Below are positions 9,179 to 16,572 of a stretch of 64,000 nt of DNA, piece by piece (within the stretch, counting starts at the first letter, position 1; every line of letters begins with the position of its first letter). The position numbers were made by a program, and so were the translations under genes. Under the pieces are notes generated by a model. The model saw nothing but the letters and a program-made list of their open reading frames with translations. It was not told where the DNA came from and made no database searches. Source of the DNA: Candidatus Omnitrophota bacterium (lineage in GTDB: Bacteria; Omnitrophota; Gorgyraeia; Duberdicusellales; 4484-171); NCBI GenBank assembly GCA_021735655.1, contig JAIPGM010000006.1, positions 32,001 to 96,000 of the forward strand, in the 5' to 3' direction.

Positions 9179-9676
9179 ATGAAAAAAATAAATAAAATTT
9201 TCTTTGTTTTAATTTGCGTTCTTTGTTCTGCGCAATTAGCACTTTATGCAGAATATAATTCAACCCTCTTAAAACATCATATACAATTTTCTCCACCTAC
9301 CGGTTGGAATCAAATTTCACTTGGCCCTTTTGCCGCAGATATAGAAGGAATTGCATTCCGCAGCCCTGATGAGAAAGCGGTAATTACCGTATCCTTGCCC
9401 AAAAAAACTAATTTTATTTCGTTTCATGGTGCTCTTATATTATTTCGTTTAAGCAAAAGGCCAAAGGAAGAAAAAATAACATTTTGTGATGAGTCATGCT
9501 ATATTTTTGATTTTGAACAAATCAATAAAAATAATATAAAAGTACTGACAAAAACCTATAAATTTTTAAAGAAAAACAAACTATATACAATCAGCTATTA
9601 TTCATCTCCCAATGAATATCGACAGTATTTACCCGAATTTAAGAAGGCGTTAGCAACGTTTAAAATTATTGAATAA
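9179..9676 (+). CDS. cassette 4: secreted hypothetical protein (165 aa)
   Basis: Signal peptide MKKINKIFFVLICVLCSAQLALYA; no recognised domain. Confidence 0.6.
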   Translation: MKKINKIFFVLICVLCSAQLALYAEYNSTLLKHHIQFSPPTGWNQISLGPFAADIEGIAFRSPDEKAVITVSLPKKTNFISFHGALILFRLSKRPKEEKITFCDESCYIFDFEQINKNNIKVLTKTYKFLKKNKLYTISYYSSPNEYRQYLPEFKKALATFKIIE

Positions 9677-9684
9677 ATGTCTCA

Positions 9685-9766
9685 TAACAAAGCAATCGAG
9701 CGGACAATCCTCGCCGCTAAATAGAATTCGGGAAAGCTCGGCTTGCCACTCATTTTTATGTTAGAC
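9685..9766 (+). repeat. attC site 4
   Basis: ATAACAAAGCAATCGAGCGGACAATCC ... GCTTGCCACTCATTTTTATGTTAGAC. Confidence 0.75.
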
Positions 9767-9778
9767 GAAAATAAAAAA

Positions 9779-10318
9779 ATGATTAAAAAGATAATAGTAA
9801 TTATTTGTTTTAGTTGCATAATCTGTTTAAATTTAGCATATTCTAAATATGTTGACCCAGACGCGATTGTTAGGATAACACGCAAAATTACTCAAAGAAT
9901 TTACAAAGATATAATTTCAATTAAAGACGAGTATGAAGAATTGAAGGGTTTTGATGAAAACTTTTATGGTAAAGGGACGAGATTCCAATATCGCATAGTT
10001 AGTCCCACAATCGAATATATTTATTGTCCTGGTACATACAATCAATCTTATGAACGAGTTATGGAATTGTATTGCAACCCTCAACCCCCTGCTATTCATC
10101 TAAGGTTAGTATTCCTTAGCGCTCCTTGTGGCACAAACAAGTGCGACATAGTTAGCATTTGTCCGGATGGAATCGAAGCCCAAATTTATATCGAAGAAAT
10201 TGATCGTTATCTAATATTCAGTCAGCGTAGTGGAAATGCTGAGCTTGATACAAAACTTATGGAAATTTTCCGCAAACACACAAAAAAATACAAAACAAAA
10301 GAAATACCTTGGGAATAG
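9779..10318 (+). CDS. cassette 5: secreted Cys-rich hypothetical protein. Start set at the internal ATG (MIKKIIVI...) because the ORF-track start at 9743 lies inside attC4
   Basis: Signal peptide; ORF confined to the cassette. Confidence 0.55.
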   Translation: MIKKIIVIICFSCIICLNLAYSKYVDPDAIVRITRKITQRIYKDIISIKDEYEELKGFDENFYGKGTRFQYRIVSPTIEYIYCPGTYNQSYERVMELYCNPQPPAIHLRLVFLSAPCGTNKCDIVSICPDGIEAQIYIEEIDRYLIFSQRSGNAELDTKLMEIFRKHTKKYKTKEIPWE

Positions 10319-10325
10319 GCTCATC

Positions 10326-10398
10326 TAACAAGGCAATCCAGCGGACCTTACCTCGGCCCTAACGGGCTTCGGCAAGGCCGCTGATTTTTGTGTTAGAT
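10326..10398 (+). repeat. attC site 5
   Basis: CTAACAAGGCAATCCAGCGGACC ... AAGGCCGCTGATTTTTGTGTTAGAT. Confidence 0.8.
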
Positions 10399-10460
10399 GT
10401 AAAATGAGATCACTAGATGAAAAAAATATTTCTATTAACATGCTATTATAGGAGGGGTAT

Positions 10461-10805
10461 ATGAAAAAAATTTTATTGTGGATGGGTTTTATAATAAACC
10501 TTTTAGCATTCTTAGGTATTGCCTGCTATGGGTCATGGTCTGTTTGGGCTGGAATACTAAGCATTTCTAAATCAGAATATGCAAATATGTATATCGTTTT
10601 CGGAATAGTTCCTGTTTTAATAAGCATTCCTTTTAATATCTTTATGAATCTTTGCTTGAACTCAATTCTGGATAAGAAGAAAAGATTCCCAACAAAATGG
10701 GTTATTTTTTCCCAATCAATCATATTTATTTTGACACCAATCGCTCTACTTACTGGGATTGCAGATTTAATTTCAGATGCATGGAGTTTTTTTACACTGC
10801 GTTAG
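10461..10805 (+). CDS. cassette 6: small integral membrane protein (114 aa)
   Basis: 3-4 predicted TM helices; RBS GGAGG. Confidence 0.55.
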   Translation: MKKILLWMGFIINLLAFLGIACYGSWSVWAGILSISKSEYANMYIVFGIVPVLISIPFNIFMNLCLNSILDKKKRFPTKWVIFSQSIIFILTPIALLTGIADLISDAWSFFTLR

Positions 10806-10850
10806 ATACCGTGCAAGTAATTAAAATTATTTAGGAAATTAAAAAACTTC

Positions 10851-10925
10851 TAACAACTCAATCCAGCTGACCCTTTGACTCGGCCTTTCAGGCCTCGCTC
10901 AGGGCAGCTGATTTTTATGTTATGT
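10851..10925 (+). repeat. attC site 6
   Basis: CTAACAACTCAATCCAGCTGACC ... AGGGCAGCTGATTTTTATGTTATGT. Confidence 0.8.
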
Positions 10926-10967
10926 GAAAATAATAAAAACATTCTCGCACAAAAAAAGGAGGAGAAA

Positions 10968-11321
10968 ATGGACAAGAAAAAAACAGATTGGACAAAACCA
11001 AGCTTGATAATGCTCGGGATTGATGTTCTGGCGCTGTTCATTATGATGATCGTTTTGGGAAATCTTGTTAATAGATTTAATGAATTATACAGTCAATTCA
11101 GCATTGAATTATCACCTATTGCACAATTTAGCTTAACCGGATATAAAATATTTTTTCTACTGCTTTTAATTGGGCTTTTGGGCAAAGAGTTTTTGAAAAA
11201 TAAAAAGGCAACATTCATAATAAATATATCGGCACTAGCTGTTACCCTTTTTATATTTGTGCCTTTTATAATTTTAGGAATATTTTTTCCTTTGTTTAAC
11301 TTAACAAGCATGGGGGGATAA
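10968..11321 (+). CDS. cassette 7: small membrane protein. Start set at MDKKKTDW after RBS AAGGAGGAG because the ORF-track start at 10875 is inside attC6
   Basis: Hydrophobic helices; strong RBS directly upstream of 10968. Confidence 0.55.
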   Translation: MDKKKTDWTKPSLIMLGIDVLALFIMMIVLGNLVNRFNELYSQFSIELSPIAQFSLTGYKIFFLLLLIGLLGKEFLKNKKATFIINISALAVTLFIFVPFIILGIFFPLFNLTSMGG

Positions 11322-11344
11322 ATTTAAAAGTTTTAATAATCACA

Positions 11345-11516
11345 TAACAAGACAATTCAGCCAACCTTCATCCGTTGCCTGTTGGGTTGGCTGGTATGCC
11401 GAACCCTTCATAATAACAAAATGCTTCGCATTTTAAGTATATGGATTCGGCATAGTTCGACTAAGTATTTTTGCTCGCAAAAATGCCAGTCTCATTAGCT
11501 GATTTTTGTGTTATAG
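11345..11516 (+). repeat. attC site 7 (atypically long, about 170 bp)
   Basis: ATAACAAGACAATTCAGCCAACC ... CATTAGCTGATTTTTGTGTTATAG; centre contains extra inverted repeats. Confidence 0.65.
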
Positions 11517-11539
11517 GAAAATAAAACGGAGGAGTTAAG

Positions 11540-11812
11540 ATGGAAAATGTAAAAAAAATATATAAAGAAGGAGTAGTAAAGGGTGTTCGTTATTTTGTTA
11601 TTACATTATGGGTTAATTTTCTATGCATTCCGTTGTACATGATAAAAAATTTCTTTGAGCCAGAGCAGGGATGGAATTTTCAAGAACACACGTTATTAAT
11701 TATTGGTTTCTGTATTCTAGTTGTTGTATATTTACCATTTGCTGTTTATTTGGCATCGAAAAGATCAAACCAACTGAATACTCCTATATTGAAAACAAAT
11801 ATTTCGATATAA
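11540..11812 (+). CDS. cassette 8: small membrane protein (90 aa)
   Basis: RBS GGAGG; two TM helices. Confidence 0.5.
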   Translation: MENVKKIYKEGVVKGVRYFVITLWVNFLCIPLYMIKNFFEPEQGWNFQEHTLLIIGFCILVVVYLPFAVYLASKRSNQLNTPILKTNISI

Positions 11813-11819
11813 TATTTGT

Positions 11820-11892
11820 ATAACAAGGCAATCCACCTGACCATACTCGCCGCTTTTAGCGGCTCGTCTGGCCGGTGATTTTTGTGTTATGT
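11820..11892 (+). repeat. attC site 8
   Basis: TATAACAAGGCAATCCACCTGACC ... GGCCGGTGATTTTTGTGTTATGT. Confidence 0.8.
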
Positions 11893-11903
11893 GAATATAA
11901 AAT

Positions 11904-12476
11904 ATGAATAAAATTGACCTTTTATTTATAGTCTGTCTTCTAGCCTTACGTTTTCTACCTAGAAAATCAGCAAAATATAGATACTATTGGGTGTTTCCTT
12001 TATTAGTCTTTTTTTTAGCTATCGGTATCCGAATTAATTCTAAAATCGAGAGTCGGAAACGTTCAGAAAGAATTCAAGAGCTAGAAAGCAATCTTAACGC
12101 TTTGCGCGATTATAGCTCTATTGCAAAACTTAATATTTTAGGCTTACCTGCTCGTGCAGGTTCAGGCATAAAATTATCTACTCCAATTTCAACTTCGCTA
12201 GAGAATGCAATAATTGAAAAGGATGGCAAATATTTCCCCACGTGCAGCAAGGAAGCGGAAGAAAAATTTAAGCAGACTATAAAATCTTATCCACGATTTC
12301 CATTTTCATACTATGGCTTAGCCGTCTGTCTCAGGAGTAAAGAAGATGAAGCTTGGAAGGATTACGCAAATCAAGCCATAGAAATATTTAAAAAAACTAT
12401 CAGCATTAAAGATCATAATTCTGGGCACGACCAAGCAATGAAAGAATTAATCAGATATTTAGAAGAAATAAATTAA
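11904..12476 (+). CDS. cassette 9: hypothetical protein with N-terminal TM/signal anchor (190 aa)
   Basis: ORF confined to the cassette; no recognised domain. Confidence 0.55.
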   Translation: MNKIDLLFIVCLLALRFLPRKSAKYRYYWVFPLLVFFLAIGIRINSKIESRKRSERIQELESNLNALRDYSSIAKLNILGLPARAGSGIKLSTPISTSLENAIIEKDGKYFPTCSKEAEEKFKQTIKSYPRFPFSYYGLAVCLRSKEDEAWKDYANQAIEIFKKTISIKDHNSGHDQAMKELIRYLEEIN

Positions 12477-12496
12477 AACTAGGTAATTAAAACACA

Positions 12497-12575
12497 TAAC
12501 AAAGCAATCCACCTGACCCTCCTCGCGGCTTCCTGAGACCGCGGGCTCGTCGGGCAGGTGATTTTTGTGTTAGGA
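12497..12575 (+). repeat. attC site 9 (last detectable)
   Basis: ATAACAAAGCAATCCACCTGACC ... GGGCAGGTGATTTTTGTGTTAGGA. Confidence 0.8.
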
Positions 12576-12646
12576 GGTAAAAATTTACGCAAAATTTTCT
12601 TTCTTTGCCAAGATTAGAATGCTATAATTGTTTTTAGGAGATAACT

Positions 12647-13378
12647 ATGTTCTGGATTTGGATAATGATTATTATGATAGTAATGGCCGCTGGGGTTGTA
12701 ACCTTAGCTCTCCTGCCGACCTCTAAAGAATTGGCTTATTTAGAAAAATTACGAAAAATAGCTGATGATTTGCTTTATAGACTAAAAAACACCTTAAGAG
12801 AAGCCTGGAAAGAAAAGAAAAAACTTCCACTACCACTTGTAATTTTGGGGGCTGTCTGGATATTGAATGGCTTATATATAAGCATAAGTACTTTAATGAC
12901 CCCTTCTCAAATCACAAAACTAGAGACTCTAGCTGGTATATTCAGGATCTTAAGCATCGGTTGGATTATTATTGGGGTAACTTTATTTAACGGCTATATT
13001 TTAAGTAGAAAATTTGCCTTTATCGCCGCAGGAATAGTAATTAGCCTTGGTATTGCTGTTATTGCAGTACCACCGCTTACCCAAGAAGAATATCTTCTGC
13101 AACAATATGAAATATATCTACAAAATCAACAGTATCAACAAAATACTCTAGGAATTAATGAATATGTAACCTCGCGGCTGGTAGATCCTGGCGAAGGTAG
13201 GCCTACGAAAGCTGAGATAACCAAAGAACAAGCTATAGCTATAATCAATATGCTTATTGCCCTGATTACGATACTTTATCTAATTACTCCGAAAGCTAAA
13301 AAATATTTTGGTATCGAAAAGGAGCAATCTTTTTCATTTAAAGAGGGAATTGGTAGTTCATTTCGTCGCTACCGCTAA
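12647..13378 (+). CDS. integral membrane protein with Gln-rich segment; the distal ORF of the array with no downstream attC
   Basis: Multiple TM helices; stop codon overlaps the era stop (convergent). Confidence 0.5.
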   Translation: MFWIWIMIIMIVMAAGVVTLALLPTSKELAYLEKLRKIADDLLYRLKNTLREAWKEKKKLPLPLVILGAVWILNGLYISISTLMTPSQITKLETLAGIFRILSIGWIIIGVTLFNGYILSRKFAFIAAGIVISLGIAVIAVPPLTQEEYLLQQYEIYLQNQQYQQNTLGINEYVTSRLVDPGEGRPTKAEITKEQAIAIINMLIALITILYLITPKAKKYFGIEKEQSFSFKEGIGSSFRRYR

Positions 13379-14304
13379 TCCAACCAGTAGCCTAATTCTT
13401 TTAATATTCGAGGACGTTCTTGCCAATCTTTTAAAACTGTAACCCAAATATCTAAAAACACTTTCTTGCCATATATCTTTCCGATCTCAAGACGCGACTC
13501 AATTCCAACATTTTTAAGTATTTGGCCATTTTTACCGACAACTATTTTTTTCTGAGAATCCCTTTCTACATAAATATTCGCCTTTACGTATACGACCTTT
13601 TTTTTATCCTTTATTTCAGAAATCTCAACTGCCAAGGAATGCGGTAACTCCTCATCCAACTGTAAAAATAACTTTTCGCGTATTATGTCAGCAACCCTAA
13701 ATTTATCAGGAAAATCAGTTAAAGTCTTAACATCGTAATAAGCTTGAGCTACCGGCAAGATTTCCACCAAAACATCTCTCAACTTGTCGATATTTTTCCC
13801 AGTCTTAGCTGAAAGCGGAATATAATATTCTAAAAAACTATCCTTCCCAGCCTTCTTAGACTTCTCTTCCCACAAAGCCATATAATCATTAAGGAACTTT
13901 ACTCCTTTATCCACTTTGTTAAGCACAATTATGGTTTTTACTTTTTGAGTTGTGATAATTTTCATTAGGGTTTCCTCTTCCTGCCCGGGTTTGCGGGAAA
14001 GATCAACCACGTAAATTATTAAATCACACCCTTCAATAGATCTTTTAGCTATCGTATTAAGATGAGAGCTTAGTTTATCTTTAAACGAATGGATTCCCGG
14101 AGTATCGACAAAAATTGCCTGGGCATCTTTTAAATTCATAATTCCCCTTATTTGATGCCGAGTTGTCTGAGGAATGCTAGACATAATACTTATCTTATCC
14201 CCAACCAAAGCATTAAGGAGCGTTGACTTTCCTACATTCGGACGACCCAAAATTGCTATAAAACCTGATTTAAAATTTTTACTAATCATAGTTAATCCTT
14301 CCAA
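13375..14304 (-). CDS. era: GTPase Era
   Basis: G1 GRPNVGKST, G3 DTPG, NKVD; C-terminal KH domain. Confidence 0.9.
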   Translation of the reverse strand: MEGLTMISKNFKSGFIAILGRPNVGKSTLLNALVGDKISIMSSIPQTTRHQIRGIMNLKDAQAIFVDTPGIHSFKDKLSSHLNTIAKRSIEGCDLIIYVVDLSRKPGQEEETLMKIITTQKVKTIIVLNKVDKGVKFLNDYMALWEEKSKKAGKDSFLEYYIPLSAKTGKNIDKLRDVLVEILPVAQAYYDVKTLTDFPDKFRVADIIREKLFLQLDEELPHSLAVEISEIKDKKKVVYVKANIYVERDSQKKIVVGKNGQILKNVGIESRLEIGKIYGKKVFLDIWVTVLKDWQERPRILKELGYWLD

Positions 14305-14327
14305 TTAATTGGTCTATACCTCAAGCC

Positions 14328-16088
14328 TCATTCCGGCTTACCCTGATAAATACTTTTCAAAGATAACTCTAAAAAATCAGCCGCCAGCGGATTATAGCCT
14401 TCATAAGCAAGCAAAAAGTAAGCGGTTGAAGCTAAAGACCCGGTTCGACCACCCCTAGGAGTTCTCCAGCCATGGCCAGTATCTGCCCCCGGTGAAGAAG
14501 CATAGGGTAAACAAGGATCTTCGCGACCCACCAAAGAAGGAGATGTTATTAGCATTTTCTGTAATTCATTAAAATAAAAATAAGCTTTCTTTAAGTATTC
14601 TTTTGACTTCTCGGGATCCTTATCTTTGAAATAATCAGCCATTATCTCAAAAGCTAATATCATCTGACTGGTCCATTCCCCAGATACTACTCCTCCCCGA
14701 GCAATATGTTTAGCCTTGGCAAAATCAAAACCAGTTAATTTTGACACTCTTTCCTTATATTGGAATTCGACTGAAACTTGACAATTCTCAATAGCAAAAT
14801 CTAGAATTGCCTCTGGATTCATACCCAAAGAATAAAGCGCTTCCGGGCCGAAAGAACTTACCGACCAAGTATAGGTATCAGTCGCTATAGTAGAGTCACC
14901 CTTACCTCGCTTAACCGGCTGGCCATAATCACTATAAGCATAGCGCGCTACCCAATTTTTTATTCCCTCAGCAATATCTCGATATCTTACGTCACCGCTA
15001 AGCTCATAAAATAAACGGAAAAAAGCGAAAGCATCAAGATTGTGTTCGGTAGAATACCAAGAAACTTCCGGTCCACCCTTAATTCCTGCCTCTTTGTCCA
15101 TCATCTTAATCAAAAATCTACTCACTGTCTCAATTATTGGTAAATATTTTCGATTGCCGGTATGCTTAGTATAGCAAAGTGCCGCCAACCCTATCCAAGC
15201 ATTAGGCCCGGAATGTTGAACATATTCGAAAACTCCACCTCGAGTGAAATAAGCATTATAGATAAGTTTATCAGTATTTATTTTATCTAAATAAAAATTA
15301 AGAATTTTTTCTGCTCTTTCAGTGTCACCACGAACCAAAAAAATAATTGCCGCTAAAGACTGATCATAAGTAAAACAAACCCTTTTAAGACTATTGTCTC
15401 CTTCGAAACTAAGCACCAGGCCCCGGGAAAGATCCTGTCGGTTCTTAATCCAAGAATACATCCCTTTTATTATCTGAGAAGAAAAACCTATTCTTTCTTT
15501 ATCTAAGCTAGCTACTTCTTTTTTAATATCGCTCTTTGCTGAAGACTCAACCCCTTCAGAAAGAAGCTCTTCCAAGGCTGAGGTTCTTTCTAAAACTTCA
15601 ACATAATCACTTACTAATTTTTGATTTGCCTTAGTCAAAGAAAAATTATGCCAAAACAAAGACAAAGCGACGGCAACTAAAACGAACCCCGCTAAACTTA
15701 CCGAGAAAGGAATGCTCTTCTTCACAACTGCATATTTAAATATTCTATTACTTGCCGATTTATCAATATCTAAAAAATCTAGACCAGCCAGATATTGGAT
15801 AAAATCATCCTCGCCTTTACTTCTTAGCCAAGAAACCTTTGCCTCCAGGCATACCGGTTTAGCTATAAAAGGAAAATTTACCCTTAATGATATTCTTGCC
15901 CCAGGAGATCTTAGCTTATCGTAAAACCCACGCCAAAGCTCATTAACAATAAGGCAAATTCCACCTTTGCCGATGTCGCGTGTGAATCCTTGCAACCAAG
16001 GCGTGATTCTTCGACCCTGGCTATCAATAATAAAAAATTCGACCGGCAAAACAGTAGAAATTCTTAGATATCTTCGACGGTTACTCAT
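14328..16088 (-). CDS. PilZ domain - TM - large (alpha/alpha)6-barrel-like (glycoside-hydrolase/epimerase-like) fusion protein
   Basis: N-terminal RRRYLRIS...DIGKGG (PilZ RxxxR / DxSxGG); central hydrophobic helix; C-terminal about 400 aa Trp/Tyr/Gly-rich domain. Confidence 0.5.
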   Translation of the reverse strand: MSNRRRYLRISTVLPVEFFIIDSQGRRITPWLQGFTRDIGKGGICLIVNELWRGFYDKLRSPGARISLRVNFPFIAKPVCLEAKVSWLRSKGEDDFIQYLAGLDFLDIDKSASNRIFKYAVVKKSIPFSVSLAGFVLVAVALSLFWHNFSLTKANQKLVSDYVEVLERTSALEELLSEGVESSAKSDIKKEVASLDKERIGFSSQIIKGMYSWIKNRQDLSRGLVLSFEGDNSLKRVCFTYDQSLAAIIFLVRGDTERAEKILNFYLDKINTDKLIYNAYFTRGGVFEYVQHSGPNAWIGLAALCYTKHTGNRKYLPIIETVSRFLIKMMDKEAGIKGGPEVSWYSTEHNLDAFAFFRLFYELSGDVRYRDIAEGIKNWVARYAYSDYGQPVKRGKGDSTIATDTYTWSVSSFGPEALYSLGMNPEAILDFAIENCQVSVEFQYKERVSKLTGFDFAKAKHIARGGVVSGEWTSQMILAFEIMADYFKDKDPEKSKEYLKKAYFYFNELQKMLITSPSLVGREDPCLPYASSPGADTGHGWRTPRGGRTGSLASTAYFLLAYEGYNPLAADFLELSLKSIYQGKPE

Positions 16089-16185
16089 AATTTAAAAAAT
16101 TCTTTATTCCTTTACTATTAAAATTCTTGAAAGAAACCGGTGGAATTTTAGATAAATTAAAAAAATGAGAATTTCCTATCTAATA

Positions 16186-16572
16186 CTATTTCTCTATATT
16201 TTTTAATTTTTGATAGAAGACTATAAACTCTTTCAAACCACGCACATTTTCTAAATCCGCATCTTCTAAAATATAAGCGAAATCATCATAACCAAGCAAA
16301 ACTGCCTTCTTTAGTTCATTAATCGCTTGCTTAGGTTTTCCGGTAAGCGAAAGGCTACAAGCAAGATTATAATGAATAACCGGGTCGTCCGGTTTCAAAC
16401 TCACTAATTTTTTATCTACAACCAAACCTTGGGTATAAAGACCTTTGCGAGTATAGGCATCCCCTAAAGAAATTAGCGCTCCGACAAAATCAGGGCGTTC
16501 CTTTAAAATATTTTCATAAAAAGATATCTCTAAATTACTTATTTTTCTAGATTTATCCTTATCCTTCTTCAT
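16186..16572 (-). CDS. TPR-repeat protein
   Basis: Tetratricopeptide-like helical repeats. Confidence 0.55.
   Translation of the reverse strand: MKKDKDKSRKISNLEISFYENILKERPDFVGALISLGDAYTRKGLYTQGLVVDKKLVSLKPDDPVIHYNLACSLSLTGKPKQAINELKKAVLLGYDDFAYILEDADLENVRGLKEFIVFYQKLKNIEK

Larger units (their letters stand above)
4347..12575. mobile_element. integron: intI, attI and an array of at least 9 gene cassettes; likely a sedentary chromosomal integron
   Basis: intI signature; attI core GTTAGAT at 5872..5878; nine homologous attC sites with inverse core (A/C)TAACAA and core GTTRRRY; one co-oriented ORF per cassette. Confidence 0.85.

Noticed and set aside
9743-9778. ORF-track start codons at 9743 (cassette 5) and 10875 (cassette 7) that lie inside attC sites
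   Set aside because: Translation would begin within the recombination site. Downstream in-frame ATGs (9779, and 10968 with a strong RBS) give ORFs confined to the cassette.
10801-10807. Extra GTTAGAT core-like heptamer at the stop codon of cassette 6 ORF
   Set aside because: There is no accompanying inverse core or palindrome. The bona fide attC6 lies 45 bp downstream, so this is a chance occurrence in AT-rich DNA.
7207-12575. Regularly spaced repeats that could be mistaken for a CRISPR array
   Set aside because: The repeats are 70-170 bp imperfect palindromes with variable centres, not 25-40 bp exact repeats. The spacers are 350-1400 bp and each contains a full ORF. The units are bounded by RYYYAAC/GTTRRRY boxes, and no cas genes are present. 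All of this is consistent with integron attC sites.
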